From Phycisphaeraceae bacterium (lineage in GTDB: Bacteria; Planctomycetota; Phycisphaerae; Phycisphaerales; Zrk34): a stretch of DNA of 64,000 nt. Below the pieces are notes generated by a model. It was given only the letters and a program-made list of their open reading frames with translations. It did not search any database and was not told where the DNA came from. Shown here one piece after another: positions 21,197-31,137 of the stretch. The stretch covers positions 1 to 64,000 of the forward strand of contig JBBDRF010000086.1 of the NCBI GenBank assembly GCA_040905565.1, given 5' to 3'. A program made the translations under genes and the position numbers. How positions within the stretch are numbered: position 1 is the first letter of the stretch; each line of letters starts with the position of its first letter.

Positions 21197-21230
21197 AAAA
21201 AAACGCACCAGCGCTTAGTCACTGGTGCGT
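21197..21230 (-). terminator. Terminator after the integrase-regulator operon
   Basis: ACGCACCAG/CTGGTGCGT stem with T7 on the minus strand. Confidence 0.6.
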
Positions 21231-21261
21231 ATTGGTTTGCAGTTTTTTTTAGGGTGTATAC

Positions 21262-21999
21262 TTAGTCGTCATCCCACCGATCGCGCTGACGTGGCGTCCT
21301 GCCGTCTGTCCTCTGGCCTGCGTCGATGATGCCGGGGTCCATAGGAATCGCTCGGCCATTGGGCCTGCTGTTGCTGGTCGGAATGTCGGGCAGAACATTT
21401 CCGGCCTCAATCCACTTACGCACACGCTTTAACCATCGCGACACGACGGCTTGCTCAACGGGCTTGCCTAGTTCCTTGCTCATCCAGTCCGCCACCTCCG
21501 CCTGCTTTCCCCCGCGTAGCGTGTGCAGGCGATAGGCTTGGATCATGTACGGCATCGGCTCAACTGGCCCCTTTTTGATTGCAGTGCCCTTAGCCGGTGC
21601 CGCTGCACCCGCCGCCGTTGCGTACTCTCTGTCGATGCGTGATGAGTAGGCCTTCAGTTGCAGGGGCGTGAGCACCGCAAACACCTCCACCCCGCGACGG
21701 TCCGCCCTTTCGATGCAGCCTTTTACCTGATTCGCTAAGACGAATGCCCCTTCGTGGTATGTGGAGACATCGCACAAGCCGGTAGGGTCTGTAATCGGGT
21801 GTCCCCCAGCCGCCGCGATCAAGAAACGGTCCACTGGCCATCTTGATGCTATCGCCGCCCCAGCAACCCGGCCGACCGATTCAATCCCTACCTCGTCGCT
21901 GCCGCGACAATAGAACACCGCCGCCGCCCATCCGTCGTAAAGGGCTGTCTGTGCAGCCTTGCGCGCCGCATCGAGTTGCTTTATCGGGATCGGCATCAC
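21262..21999 (-). CDS. Hypothetical regulator with C-terminal HTH
   Basis: KQAEVADWM...QAVVSRWL; coupled to the integrase stop. Confidence 0.6.
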   Translation of the reverse strand: MMPIPIKQLDAARKAAQTALYDGWAAAVFYCRGSDEVGIESVGRVAGAAIASRWPVDRFLIAAAGGHPITDPTGLCDVSTYHEGAFVLANQVKGCIERADRRGVEVFAVLTPLQLKAYSSRIDREYATAAGAAAPAKGTAIKKGPVEPMPYMIQAYRLHTLRGGKQAEVADWMSKELGKPVEQAVVSRWLKRVRKWIEAGNVLPDIPTSNSRPNGRAIPMDPGIIDAGQRTDGRTPRQRDRWDDD

Positions 22000-23216
22000 T
22001 CACCCCCCTTTGCCGCCAGCATCGCGTTAACCGTTCGCTCGAATCCGTCGCGTACCGCTGGCATATCGGTACGGGCATAGATTGCCGTGACGCCCTGTAC
22101 GGTGTGGCCGATCATCCGCCCGACCACCGGGTACGGGATGCCTTCGCTTGTGGCCCAGCTCGCCACGGTTCGCCGCAAGTCGTGAAGGGTCAGCCCGACT
22201 ATCTCGGCCTCGGAGCAGATGCGATCGAACGCCCGGCGGGGATCGTCCAGATATGGGTTCTTCGGTTTCGCCTTTTTGCTGGGGAACACGTAACCGCTCG
22301 GGCCTGCCTTCCGCTTGGCGTTGAGTTCCTTGCGTGCCTCGATGATCTCCACCACCTGCGGCACCAGCGGCACTTCCAGTGCCTGCCCCGTCTTGAATTT
22401 CTCAGCGGGGATCGTCCAGATTTTGCGCCGCATATCCAGTTCATCCCACCGCATCGCCGCCACGTTGCGCCGACGCCCTCCGGTGAACAGCAGCACCTTG
22501 AAGTAGTCTTTCAGCGTGACGTTCTTCACGGCCTCAACAGCCTTGAGGAATCGGGGCAGTTCGTCGGCATCCATGAACCGCTCGCGGGTCTGCTCTTTGA
22601 ATCGCTGCACCCCCGTTGATGGGTTCGGCACTTCGCAGCCGATGGTCACGGCGAAGTTGAACACCTTGGACAACAACGCCAGCACCCGGTTCGCCATCAC
22701 GGGCCGGTCCTTCCCAATCCGCCCGTGAAGCTGTTGAACGTCCGCCCGTTTGATGCCGTCCAGGCGACGACTCCCCCATCGCTTTAGATGCCGGTCGTAG
22801 TTCGCTTGATCGTCCGCCCATGTCCGCTTGTGGATCTTGGCGTGCTTCTCAATGTAGAGGTCGAACATTTCCGCGAACGTCATCGCCGCGTGGGCCTGCC
22901 TGCGCTCCTCGGCGGGGTTCTTGCCGTCATAGACTCCGCTGAGGTGCCCAGCGGCCTTCTTGCGGGCTTGCTCGATGCTCACGTCGGGGAACGGGCCGAT
23001 CTTCACGCGACGATACCGCCCATCCATCCGCTTCGCGAAGTAGAACGTCTTGGCCCCTCCCTGCGTCACCAGCAGCATCAGACCCGGCTGGATGGCGTCG
23101 TAAACCTTCCGTTGCGTCTTGCCGTTGGGCGGGGTCAGCGCTTCAAGTTCCCGCTTCTTGAAGTTGAACCGCATCGGGTCAGTCGTGTTCGTCAATCTCA
23201 TCGCCACCTGCGCCAT
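21996..23216 (-). CDS. Tyrosine integrase with N-terminal arm-binding domain (P4-like)
   Basis: YD...PGLML.V...GAKTF arm domain; R, HDLRR, GH and Y catalytic residues. Confidence 0.95.
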   Translation of the reverse strand: MAQVAMRLTNTTDPMRFNFKKRELEALTPPNGKTQRKVYDAIQPGLMLLVTQGGAKTFYFAKRMDGRYRRVKIGPFPDVSIEQARKKAAGHLSGVYDGKNPAEERRQAHAAMTFAEMFDLYIEKHAKIHKRTWADDQANYDRHLKRWGSRRLDGIKRADVQQLHGRIGKDRPVMANRVLALLSKVFNFAVTIGCEVPNPSTGVQRFKEQTRERFMDADELPRFLKAVEAVKNVTLKDYFKVLLFTGGRRRNVAAMRWDELDMRRKIWTIPAEKFKTGQALEVPLVPQVVEIIEARKELNAKRKAGPSGYVFPSKKAKPKNPYLDDPRRAFDRICSEAEIVGLTLHDLRRTVASWATSEGIPYPVVGRMIGHTVQGVTAIYARTDMPAVRDGFERTVNAMLAAKGGE

Positions 23217-23400
23217 CGTTGTGCTCCGTCAAGAGGTCGTGGGCCTGCGCCATTGCAGCGCCTTTGCAGCGCGCCGCGTTAACAATGGGTTATTTCCGTT
23301 TCCATTGCAGCGCCTGCCGATGGCCTGATTATGCATGTATTCATAGCGGATATCAACGATGATTAACAAAGAATATCAAGAGGTCACAGCGTCAAAAATA

Positions 23401-23444
23401 GACTGGGGGTCAAGAGGTCGTAGGTTCAAATCCTATCGCCCCGA
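23401..23444 (+). repeat. attR of island 1 (3' part of tRNA-Pro)
   Basis: Identical to 12525-12568. Confidence 0.95.
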
Positions 23445-23447
23445 TTC

Positions 23448-23478
23448 AAAAGCCCTTCGGCGGAAGCCGGAGGGCTTT
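23448..23478 (+). terminator. Likely original tRNA-Pro terminator displaced by the insertion
   Basis: AAAGCCCT/AGGGCTTT stem immediately after attR. Confidence 0.6.
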
Positions 23479-23547
23479 GTTATTTCAGCGAGAGTTGCCG
23501 CGTCGACCGAAATCCGAGGGGCAGGCCAGAACCGGATACCCGAGAAT

Positions 23548-24285
23548 ATGACGCCGCGACTGCCACAATATCGCTCTATACTGGACGCAAGACAGATCGC
23601 TGACGGTATAAATGCGGCACTGAAGAACGCGAGGCGGTTAGCCGAAGATTCCAAGATCCTCCTCGACAATCACCGCTTTCCCACTGCGGCATCTGTAGCA
23701 GCTCTGTCCATTGAGGAGTCGGGCAAGACGGCGATCCTGCGTCATTTGGCTTCGGCAACGGACGACAAAACTGCCAAACCGATCTGGAAGGAGTACCGGT
23801 CGCACAAGGCAAAAAACCGGATGTGGATACTGCCCGAACTTGTGGCTAAAGGCGCTCGCCGGCTTCAGGATTTCGCATCTTTGTTCGAGCACGCAGCCGA
23901 CCATCCTGAACTCCTCGACCAAGTGAAACAACTTGGCTTCTACACGGATTGTCTCGGTGAAGCTCACTGGTCCACCCCGCCGGGCGTTGTTGATGAATCG
24001 CTAGCTAGGAAGCTTGTCGAGACCGCCACCATAATGGCAACTGGACGTGAAGTTACTGTTTCGGAGATTAAGTTGTGGGTCAAGCATGTGGGCCCGCACC
24101 TCAACGGCAAGCAGCTGAAAGCTGAGGCTGGATTGAAGAGGTGGTACGAGGAGATGCAGCATCTGGGGCTTTATCCCGCGGGCGAGAATGCAATGCGTGC
24201 CTTCATTGAAGGCGGTGGAATCCAGAGTCAACGGGATGATGCGGAACCACCAGCTGCAGTTGACCCGCGCCGCGATCGCGATTAA
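23548..24285 (+). CDS. AbiV-family abortive infection protein
   Basis: ALKNARRLAEDSKIL...A.S.A.LSIEESGK, SHKAK, KQLGFYTD motifs. Confidence 0.78.
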   Translation: MTPRLPQYRSILDARQIADGINAALKNARRLAEDSKILLDNHRFPTAASVAALSIEESGKTAILRHLASATDDKTAKPIWKEYRSHKAKNRMWILPELVAKGARRLQDFASLFEHAADHPELLDQVKQLGFYTDCLGEAHWSTPPGVVDESLARKLVETATIMATGREVTVSEIKLWVKHVGPHLNGKQLKAEAGLKRWYEEMQHLGLYPAGENAMRAFIEGGGIQSQRDDAEPPAAVDPRRDRD

Positions 24286-24358
24286 AGCTCGCTCCCTGCT
24301 ATCGCCGTCACGGGTGTTAGAATAGGGCCGTGTGGCACGCGTTGGAGACCAAGGAGCG

Positions 24359-24850
24359 ATGATGATGACGGATTCGGAGATTGTGGCGAAGCTTGAGGAA
24401 TTGCTGGCGGCTATCAAGGGGTATGACGATCCGAGGCGGGCGTCGGCGGAGTGGCGGCAGGCGTTTAATCATCTGAAGAAGACGAAGCTGCCGGCGAATC
24501 ACGTGGCGAACGTGGTGGCGATGCGCGGGGTGGATCGGCTGGCGGAACTCATCACCGAACTGCGTGAACTCACGGCACCCGCGCCAGTGGTTGCGACGGC
24601 GCCCGGCGAGGTGCCTGATGAGATCACCTGCAAGAAAGCGCTGCGGGCGTTTAAGAAACGGCTGAAGCTGACGCGGCTGGACGATGAGTCGCAGATCGAT
24701 GCGCGGAATCCGCTTTCCAAGGGGGTGGATTCGGGCGTGGCGTCGATCATGCCGCCGAGCGATTGGGGCCCGGAAGTGTGGCAGGAACTCGAACGGCAGG
24801 GCAAGCTGCGCCACACGGGGAAGGGCTTTTATGAGTCGACGGGGCAGTGA
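24359..24850 (+). CDS. Conserved hypothetical protein
   Basis: GGAG SD; KKALRAFKKRLKLTRLDDES motif. Confidence 0.7.
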   Translation: MMMTDSEIVAKLEELLAAIKGYDDPRRASAEWRQAFNHLKKTKLPANHVANVVAMRGVDRLAELITELRELTAPAPVVATAPGEVPDEITCKKALRAFKKRLKLTRLDDESQIDARNPLSKGVDSGVASIMPPSDWGPEVWQELERQGKLRHTGKGFYESTGQ

Positions 24851-24889
24851 GATGGTATGTTTGATGTGTGGGGAAGAGCGCTGATGGTA

Positions 24890-26020
24890 TCAGTCGCGCA
24901 TGGCGTCGGGGTCAAGGCCGCGTTGTTTGCACCAGGCGTGGTAGGCGAGGGGGCTGATTTCTGAGGGTTTGATTTCGCTTCGGCCGCCCCAGAAGACGTT
25001 GGTGTAGCTGATGGCGATGCCGAGTTCCTCGAGGTGCTCGTCGATGGCCGCTTTGTGGTCGAGGACGAGTTGCTTGTCGGTGCCGTGGGCGACGCCCATG
25101 ACGTTGACGTTCTTGAACTCGGGCCCGCCTTCGCGCCAGTAGGCGTGGGTCATGATGTGATGGCGGCCGACTTCCATGCCCGCTTCGAGCTGGCGACCTT
25201 CGGGGACGGCCCAGTGGAACAGGGCGTTGTACTTGGTGACGGTGGTGCCGTCTTTGAGTTTTTTCACGTGCTCGAGGAAGGTTGAGAAGCGGCCGATGAC
25301 GCGGCGCGCGTTCAGGTCTTCCGCAGCTTTGTGGAACTCATCGAGAGGCACACCGGCCTCGGCGGCGCGACCGGCCCAGCAGTCGGCGACGATCTCGTCG
25401 GGGGTGAAATCGCGCTTGAGGGCCATGAGGATGCGCCAATCGTCGTCGGAGAGGGTGACGACGCTGACATCGATGGCGCGGGCGGGTTCTTCGGTGCGGG
25501 CACCGAGTTCCATGCCGCGACGGCGGACGTGGCCGACGCCGAGCGTGAAGAGTTTTTTCGCGGGCAGCAGTTTGTAGCTTTCGCAGCCGGTCTGGCTCAT
25601 CAGGTATTCACAGTGCTTTTGCATGGAATAGCCGACGGGCACTTTGAGCGTGGTCCAGAGGCGGTACTGCGAGCCGGCGGTCTGCTGATCGGTCGAGCGG
25701 ATGACCACGTGGCCGCTGAAGGGGTCCTGCTCGAACATGAAGTCGAAGGCAGCTTGCAGTTTTTCGGCGGGCACCTGCCAGGCGACGAGCGCGCCGGGGG
25801 CGAGGTTGGTGCTCATCAGCGTTTGACGCACCCGGCGGATGGTGCCCGCTTCGAGCATGGCGCGAATCCGCTCAAGCACGGTGTCCAGATCAACGCCTGA
25901 CTGCTGAGCGATGAAGTTGAACGGGTCACGCTGATAGCCATGCACCTTGTCTTCGGAGACGGTGAGGATGCGCTGATTGATGGGGTCGTCGATGTTGACC
26001 GGGACCGTGGGGGTGGTCAT
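24890..26020 (-). CDS. Fused Lrp/AsnC-fold protein, AhbA/B (NirDL) siroheme decarboxylase-like
   Basis: Two HTH+RAM repeats; ALVAW, GHVVIR, THAYWR motifs. Confidence 0.65.
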   Translation of the reverse strand: MTTPTVPVNIDDPINQRILTVSEDKVHGYQRDPFNFIAQQSGVDLDTVLERIRAMLEAGTIRRVRQTLMSTNLAPGALVAWQVPAEKLQAAFDFMFEQDPFSGHVVIRSTDQQTAGSQYRLWTTLKVPVGYSMQKHCEYLMSQTGCESYKLLPAKKLFTLGVGHVRRRGMELGARTEEPARAIDVSVVTLSDDDWRILMALKRDFTPDEIVADCWAGRAAEAGVPLDEFHKAAEDLNARRVIGRFSTFLEHVKKLKDGTTVTKYNALFHWAVPEGRQLEAGMEVGRHHIMTHAYWREGGPEFKNVNVMGVAHGTDKQLVLDHKAAIDEHLEELGIAISYTNVFWGGRSEIKPSEISPLAYHAWCKQRGLDPDAMRD

Positions 26021-26358
26021 GAGTTTGCTTCCGCATCGTCGCTTGGGGTGATGATGATGGTGTCGTTTTCGAGGCGTGTGTGGTAGCAGCGGAGGCTGTC
26101 GACGGCTGGGCCGCATGTCGCCCGGCCGGTCTTCAAATCGAACATCGCACCGTGCCAGGGACACACGATCTGCCGCCCGGCGAGCGGCCCGTCACTGAGG
26201 GGCACGCGGGCATGGGTGCAGGTATCGGAAACGGCGTAGATGTCGCCATCGACGTTCGCGACGGCGACGGTCTCGTCGTTGATCTTCACCTGGCGCACCT
26301 CGCCGGGCGGCAGGTCGGCAAGCGGCAGCGTGGCTTGGGGAGTGCTCATGTCGTTCAC
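26017..26358 (-). CDS. Rieske-type ferredoxin
   Basis: CTH...CPWH motif. Confidence 0.92.
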   Translation of the reverse strand: MNDMSTPQATLPLADLPPGEVRQVKINDETVAVANVDGDIYAVSDTCTHARVPLSDGPLAGRQIVCPWHGAMFDLKTGRATCGPAVDSLRCYHTRLENDTIIITPSDDAEANS

Positions 26359-27347
26359 GTTTGAGAGGCGGCGACGCCGAAGTTGTTCGCGTACAACTGC
26401 TGCACCTTGTCGAACTCGGCATCGGTGATGGGTGGCACGTCCGAAGCGCCCGCCATTTCTTCCAGGTTCGCATCGTCGTAGATGTTCGGCACGGCGGACA
26501 TGACGGTCGGCTCACGGAAGATGAACTGTAGCGCGGCCTGGGCCATGGTGCGCTTGCCGTCGGCGAGGAGGAAGTCCAGCGGCTCGACCTTGGCGAGGCC
26601 CTCGTGCAGCCATTCGGGGGGCCGATGCGAGCGGTGGTCCCACTTGGGGAAGACGGTGTCGGGCGTGAGGTTACCTTCGAGGAGGCCCGAGGAATGAGGC
26701 ACGCGGATGAGCACCCCGCCGCCGTGCTTGCGGGCGGCTTCGAAAGCGGTCGGCCCGATGAACTGCTCGAGCAGGTTGTAGATGATCATGACGCTGTGGT
26801 AGCCGCGTTCGAAGCTGCGGACGGCTTCGTCCATCTGGCGATCGGGTTCGATCTTGGGGCCGAGCGAGGTGCCGTAGTAGCGGATCTTGCCTTGGTCTTT
26901 GAGCTTCTCGAGCGTGGCGATGACTTCGTCGTTATCGATGTGTTCGAGGCGTGGGTTGTGTGCTTCGTAGAGATCGATGTAGTCGGTGCCGAGGCGCTGG
27001 AGGCTGGCTTCGCACTGGCGGATGATGGAATCGCCGGCGTAGTCGTGGGCGCGTTCGCGGTGGCCGGGTCGGCCTTCGTTGTCGGTGAGGTCGTAGCCGT
27101 ATTTCGTGGCGATGACGATTTTGTCGCGTTGGTCGGCGAGTGTGTTTTTGAGGATGGTTTCGCCGTAGCCGTCGCCGTAGGTCGGGGCGGTATTGATGTG
27201 GGTGATGCCGAGGTCGACGGCTTTGCGGAGCAGGCGGGCGCGGAGGTCTTCGTCGGTGACGCCCCACCATGTGGTGGAGACGGTCCAGACGCCGAAGCCG
27301 ACTTCGCTGACGGTGAGATCGGTGCCGGGGTAGGTGCGATATTTCAT
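26355..27347 (-). CDS. Aldo/keto reductase
   Basis: [29 protein letters not shown]. Confidence 0.93.
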   Translation of the reverse strand: MKYRTYPGTDLTVSEVGFGVWTVSTTWWGVTDEDLRARLLRKAVDLGITHINTAPTYGDGYGETILKNTLADQRDKIVIATKYGYDLTDNEGRPGHRERAHDYAGDSIIRQCEASLQRLGTDYIDLYEAHNPRLEHIDNDEVIATLEKLKDQGKIRYYGTSLGPKIEPDRQMDEAVRSFERGYHSVMIIYNLLEQFIGPTAFEAARKHGGGVLIRVPHSSGLLEGNLTPDTVFPKWDHRSHRPPEWLHEGLAKVEPLDFLLADGKRTMAQAALQFIFREPTVMSAVPNIYDDANLEEMAGASDVPPITDAEFDKVQQLYANNFGVAASQT

Positions 27348-27494
27348 GGTTCACAAGCCTCGAAACAGGGTTGGGGGACGGCCGCCGCAGGCGACGCCGC
27401 GTCCGGAAGTGTACAGCGGTACACGGGCCAAGTCACACGTCCGGCGGAGCATGGCCCCGCGGCTGTTGTTGTGCGTGCTGTGCACCTGTCGTCA

Positions 27495-27538
27495 TTGACA
27501 CTCAGCGTACCAACCGTATAATTGGATGTCAATGTCCA
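27495..27538 (+). promoter_or_regulatory. Consensus sigma70 promoter with a downstream palindrome
   Basis: TTGACA (27495-27500), 16-nt spacer, TATAAT (27517-27522), then TGGA-N8-TCCA. Confidence 0.7.
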
Positions 27539-27565
27539 TTAGCGGGCGGGCGTGGAGAATCTCTC

Positions 27566-28024
27566 ATGTTGATTTCACAGACAGCAGAATATGCGTTGCG
27601 GGCGGCGGTGACGCTGGCGGATGGGCCGGATCGGCCCTGGACGACGCAGGCGATTGCGGCCCAGACGCGGATTCCGGCGGGGTATCTCTCGAAAGTGCTT
27701 CAGGCACTGGCGCGGGCGGACCTGGTGCGAGGCCAGCGCGGGCTCGGCGGCGGGTTCACCCTCACACGCGAGCCGGGCGACATCAGCGTGCTGGACGTGA
27801 TCAATGCGGTCGATCCGATGCAGCGGATTCACACGTGCCCGCTGAAACTGGCAGCCCACGGGAAAAAGTTGTGTCCGCTGCATCGCAAACTCGACGACGC
27901 AATGGCCTACATCGAAAAGAGCTTTCGGGAAACCTCGCTTGCGGAGATTCTTGCTGAGCCTTCGACCAGCAAGCCGTTCTGCGATGAGCCGGTCACGCTG
28001 AGCGTGGCGAAGACGGGGCGGTAG
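27566..28024 (+). CDS. Rrf2-family transcriptional regulator
   Basis: SQTAEYALRA, YLSKVL, RGLGGGF, CP...H...LCPLH. Confidence 0.93.
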   Translation: MLISQTAEYALRAAVTLADGPDRPWTTQAIAAQTRIPAGYLSKVLQALARADLVRGQRGLGGGFTLTREPGDISVLDVINAVDPMQRIHTCPLKLAAHGKKLCPLHRKLDDAMAYIEKSFRETSLAEILAEPSTSKPFCDEPVTLSVAKTGR

Positions 28025-28078
28025 CGGACGCGGCATCGGGGGCGACATCTGCGGGGGCCAGGAAAAGGGGCAGTCATC

Positions 28079-29413
28079 ATGGGACAGTCACGCCACAACC
28101 TTGCCGCCCTGGCGGCGATCGTCGGCTTCGTCGCGATCAGCGGAGCCCTGCTGCATGTCGCGCAGGGGCAGTTCGCGCGTTCCAGCTATACCGTGCCGCT
28201 GGACCGCGAGCCGATCAACTACTACCGCGAAGACCTGAACGATCCCGTGGCCAAGCTGCAAGCGAAGCTCGACGCGGGCGATGTTGAACTTGAGCACGAT
28301 GCGAAGTTCGGCTACCTGCCTGCGGTGCTCGACGCACTGGGCATCCCCGAATCGTCACAGGGCCTCGTGTTTTCACGGACCAGCTTGCAACTGCGGCTGA
28401 TTTCGCCGACCACGCCGCGGGCGATCTACTTCAATGACGACGTTTACATCGGCTATGTGCAGAACAGCGATATGCTCGAAATTTCGACGGTCGACCCCGA
28501 AGTCGGCGGCGTGTTCTACACCCTTGAGCAGCGCCAAGGCCATCCGCAATTCGTGCGTGACCACCAGTGTCTGCAGTGCCATCAGACAGCTCGGACGCAG
28601 GGGGTGCCGGGGCATCTGGTGCGTTCGGTGTTCACCAACGATGCGGGGATGACCGGTGCCGGGCCGCAGTTTGTGACCGACCATAACAGCCGATTCAGCG
28701 AGCGTTGGGGAGGCTGGTACGTCACCGGCACGCACGGCCGGGCCAGGCATATGGGCAACGTGACGGCGGAAACGGTCAGCAGGTACGACCCGCCTTTGGA
28801 CCGGGAAGCCGGGGCGAATGTGGCGGATCTTTCAGACAAGTTCAACACCAACCGCTACCTCGCGGGGGGCCACAGTGATCTGATCGCACTGATGGTGCTG
28901 GAGCACCAGACGCAGATGCACAACGTGATTACCCGGGCGGGCTATGAAGCGAAGATGGTGCTGCACCAGCACGCGCGGCTGAACGAGGGCGAGGACGAGC
29001 CGCTTAGCGAAGGGGCGGAGCGTCGGCTGAACCAGGCGGCCGACGCTGTGCTGCGATACATGCTGTTCGTGGATGAAGAGATTCTTGCCGACCCGGTGAA
29101 GGGGACGACCTCCTTCGCCGAGGATTTCCAGGCGAAGGGCAAGCGCGACAGCTCGGGCCGCTCGCTGCGTGATCTGGATCTGCAACGAAGGCTGTTCGCG
29201 TATCCCTGCAGCTACCTGATTTACTCGGACGCGTTCGACGCCCTGCCGGACGTGGTGCTGGATCGGCTGTACCGGCGGCTGTGGGAAGTGCTGACCGATC
29301 AGGACGAATCGGGCGACTTTGACAACCTCGCCAGCCGCCATCGCCAGGCGATCCTCGAAATCCTCCGCGAGACGAAAGAGGGCCTGCCGGCGTACTTCCA
29401 TGACGATGCCTAA
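28079..29413 (+). CDS. Exported protein with a single CxxCH heme motif
   Basis: Signal peptide, CLQCH, RWGGWYVTG. Confidence 0.7.
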   Translation: MGQSRHNLAALAAIVGFVAISGALLHVAQGQFARSSYTVPLDREPINYYREDLNDPVAKLQAKLDAGDVELEHDAKFGYLPAVLDALGIPESSQGLVFSRTSLQLRLISPTTPRAIYFNDDVYIGYVQNSDMLEISTVDPEVGGVFYTLEQRQGHPQFVRDHQCLQCHQTARTQGVPGHLVRSVFTNDAGMTGAGPQFVTDHNSRFSERWGGWYVTGTHGRARHMGNVTAETVSRYDPPLDREAGANVADLSDKFNTNRYLAGGHSDLIALMVLEHQTQMHNVITRAGYEAKMVLHQHARLNEGEDEPLSEGAERRLNQAADAVLRYMLFVDEEILADPVKGTTSFAEDFQAKGKRDSSGRSLRDLDLQRRLFAYPCSYLIYSDAFDALPDVVLDRLYRRLWEVLTDQDESGDFDNLASRHRQAILEILRETKEGLPAYFHDDA

Positions 29414-29588
29414 AAAATCGCTGCAGGGGGGGGTCGCGTTTGCTTGCAGGCGCGAACCCTGACCGCTGAATCAGCGTCTAAAGAACTGGCCGGATGGTCG
29501 CTTACGGCACCTGCACATGGGTCGTTCCAAACCCATTACCGTGGCAGGCATTGCCATCAGCGATACGATTGATATAATGCCGGCCTAC

Positions 29589-29662
<74 letters not shown>

Positions 29663-29776
29663 TTTACATAACCTCAGGCCGAGGCGTTCCTTGCTTACCC
29701 GGTAGTGTTCACCGGCGCGGCCCTGACCCGAACCGAAGCGTATTTGAAAATACGCTGAAGCGTCAGGAGCTACGCC

Positions 29777-31027
29777 ATGAGCAAGCGCGTCAATCGAAAG
29801 CCTCGGGTCCCTTCCTACCGTCGTCAGAAGCAAAACAAACAGCAGGACCAAGCGTTCGTCGAGATCAACGGCAAGCGCCACTACCTTGGTACGTACGGCT
29901 CGCCCCAATCCAAGGCGGCATACCAGCGCATCATCGGGGAGTGGTTGGGCGGTGGCGGGGACCTGCCGCCCGAGCCTGAGCACATGCTTGTGGCGGAAAT
30001 CTTGGTTCGCTGGGTCCGATGGGCGCAGAAGCATTACCGCGATCGCCACGGTCGCCAGACCACCGGCTACCGCAACGCACGTAACGCGACCCGCTGGCTG
30101 GATGAGATGTTCGGCGAGATGTACGTCGTGGAATTCCGCCCGCGACATCTGAAGGCCATACAGCGTGCGATGATTCTGCGAGGGTTCTCTCGTCCCTACG
30201 TCAACAAGAACTGCGACATCATCAAGGCTGTGTTCAAATGGGCGGTGGCGGAGGAACTGGTCGAGCCCGGCGCGCTCAGGGGTCTGGAAGCGGTGAGAGG
30301 GCTCCAGAAGGGTCGTACCGACGCCCCGGAGACGGAACCAATCAAGCCGGTAGCAGACGACCACGTCCACGTTTGCCTGCCCCACATGCCGGTGCCGGTA
30401 GCGGCGATGGTGCGGCTCCAGCAGGCGACGGGCATGAGGCCGGCGGAGGTCGTGACGATTCGGCCCGCCGACATCGAAATGGGCAGCGAGGTCTGGAGCT
30501 ACATCCCCGATGATCACAAACTTGCCCACAAGGACCGCGACAGGATCGTGTTCATCGGGCCAAAGGGGCAGGCGACCCTGAAAGCGCACCTGACGCCCAA
30601 TAGGCCCACAACAAAGCCGATATTCTCCCCTCGCGATGCAGTGGCCGACCTGCACGCGAAGCGACACGAGCAGCGACAGACGCCCCTGAAGTACGGCAAC
30701 GGGCCCGGCACAAATCGGTCGGGCGATCCTCAGCGCTCTGCTGGCGAGGGATACTCGGTTGACTCTTACCGCCGTGCGATCCATCGCGCCTGCGACAAGG
30801 CGTGGCCCGTTCCCAAGGGCGCGACCGCGGCGGAGGCCAAGGCACACCGCGATCGCCATCGCTGGAGCCCGAACCAGCTACGCCACACTTACGCCACGCG
30901 AGTTCGTCGCGACCACGGGCTCGAGGCTGCGCAGGTGCTGCTGGGGCACAGCCGCGCGGACGTAACGCAGGTGTACGCCGAACGGGACATTTCCAAGGCC
31001 CGTGAGGTGGCGCAGCTCGTCGGGTAA
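29777..31027 (+). CDS. Tyrosine integrase
   Basis: TGMRPAEV, HK, NQLRH, LLGH, VYAE. Confidence 0.93.
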   Translation: MSKRVNRKPRVPSYRRQKQNKQQDQAFVEINGKRHYLGTYGSPQSKAAYQRIIGEWLGGGGDLPPEPEHMLVAEILVRWVRWAQKHYRDRHGRQTTGYRNARNATRWLDEMFGEMYVVEFRPRHLKAIQRAMILRGFSRPYVNKNCDIIKAVFKWAVAEELVEPGALRGLEAVRGLQKGRTDAPETEPIKPVADDHVHVCLPHMPVPVAAMVRLQQATGMRPAEVVTIRPADIEMGSEVWSYIPDDHKLAHKDRDRIVFIGPKGQATLKAHLTPNRPTTKPIFSPRDAVADLHAKRHEQRQTPLKYGNGPGTNRSGDPQRSAGEGYSVDSYRRAIHRACDKAWPVPKGATAAEAKAHRDRHRWSPNQLRHTYATRVRRDHGLEAAQVLLGHSRADVTQVYAERDISKAREVAQLVG

Positions 31028-31137
31028 GATGGAATCAACGGGTGAGGCGGGTAGCTCCCGCCTAACGGTTTGGGCCGGTCGGCGCATTGTCTTCCCGCGC
31101 TGATCCGGCCAAACCGGCCCGGGATTGGGAAGACACC

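Larger units (their letters stand above)
12525..23444. mobile_element. Island 1: integrated phage-satellite-like element at tRNA-Pro
   Basis: Exact 44-bp direct repeat at 12525-12568 and 23401-23444; tyrosine integrase next to attR. Confidence 0.93.

Noticed and set aside
23401..23444. Second tRNA-Pro (and second tRNA-Ile at 58271-58315)
   Set aside because: Only 3' parts, lacking the D-arm and 5' acceptor strand; these are attR sites
23359..23547. N-terminal extension of the AbiV-like ORF
   Set aside because: Reads through attR and a terminator; ATG 23548 is more plausible
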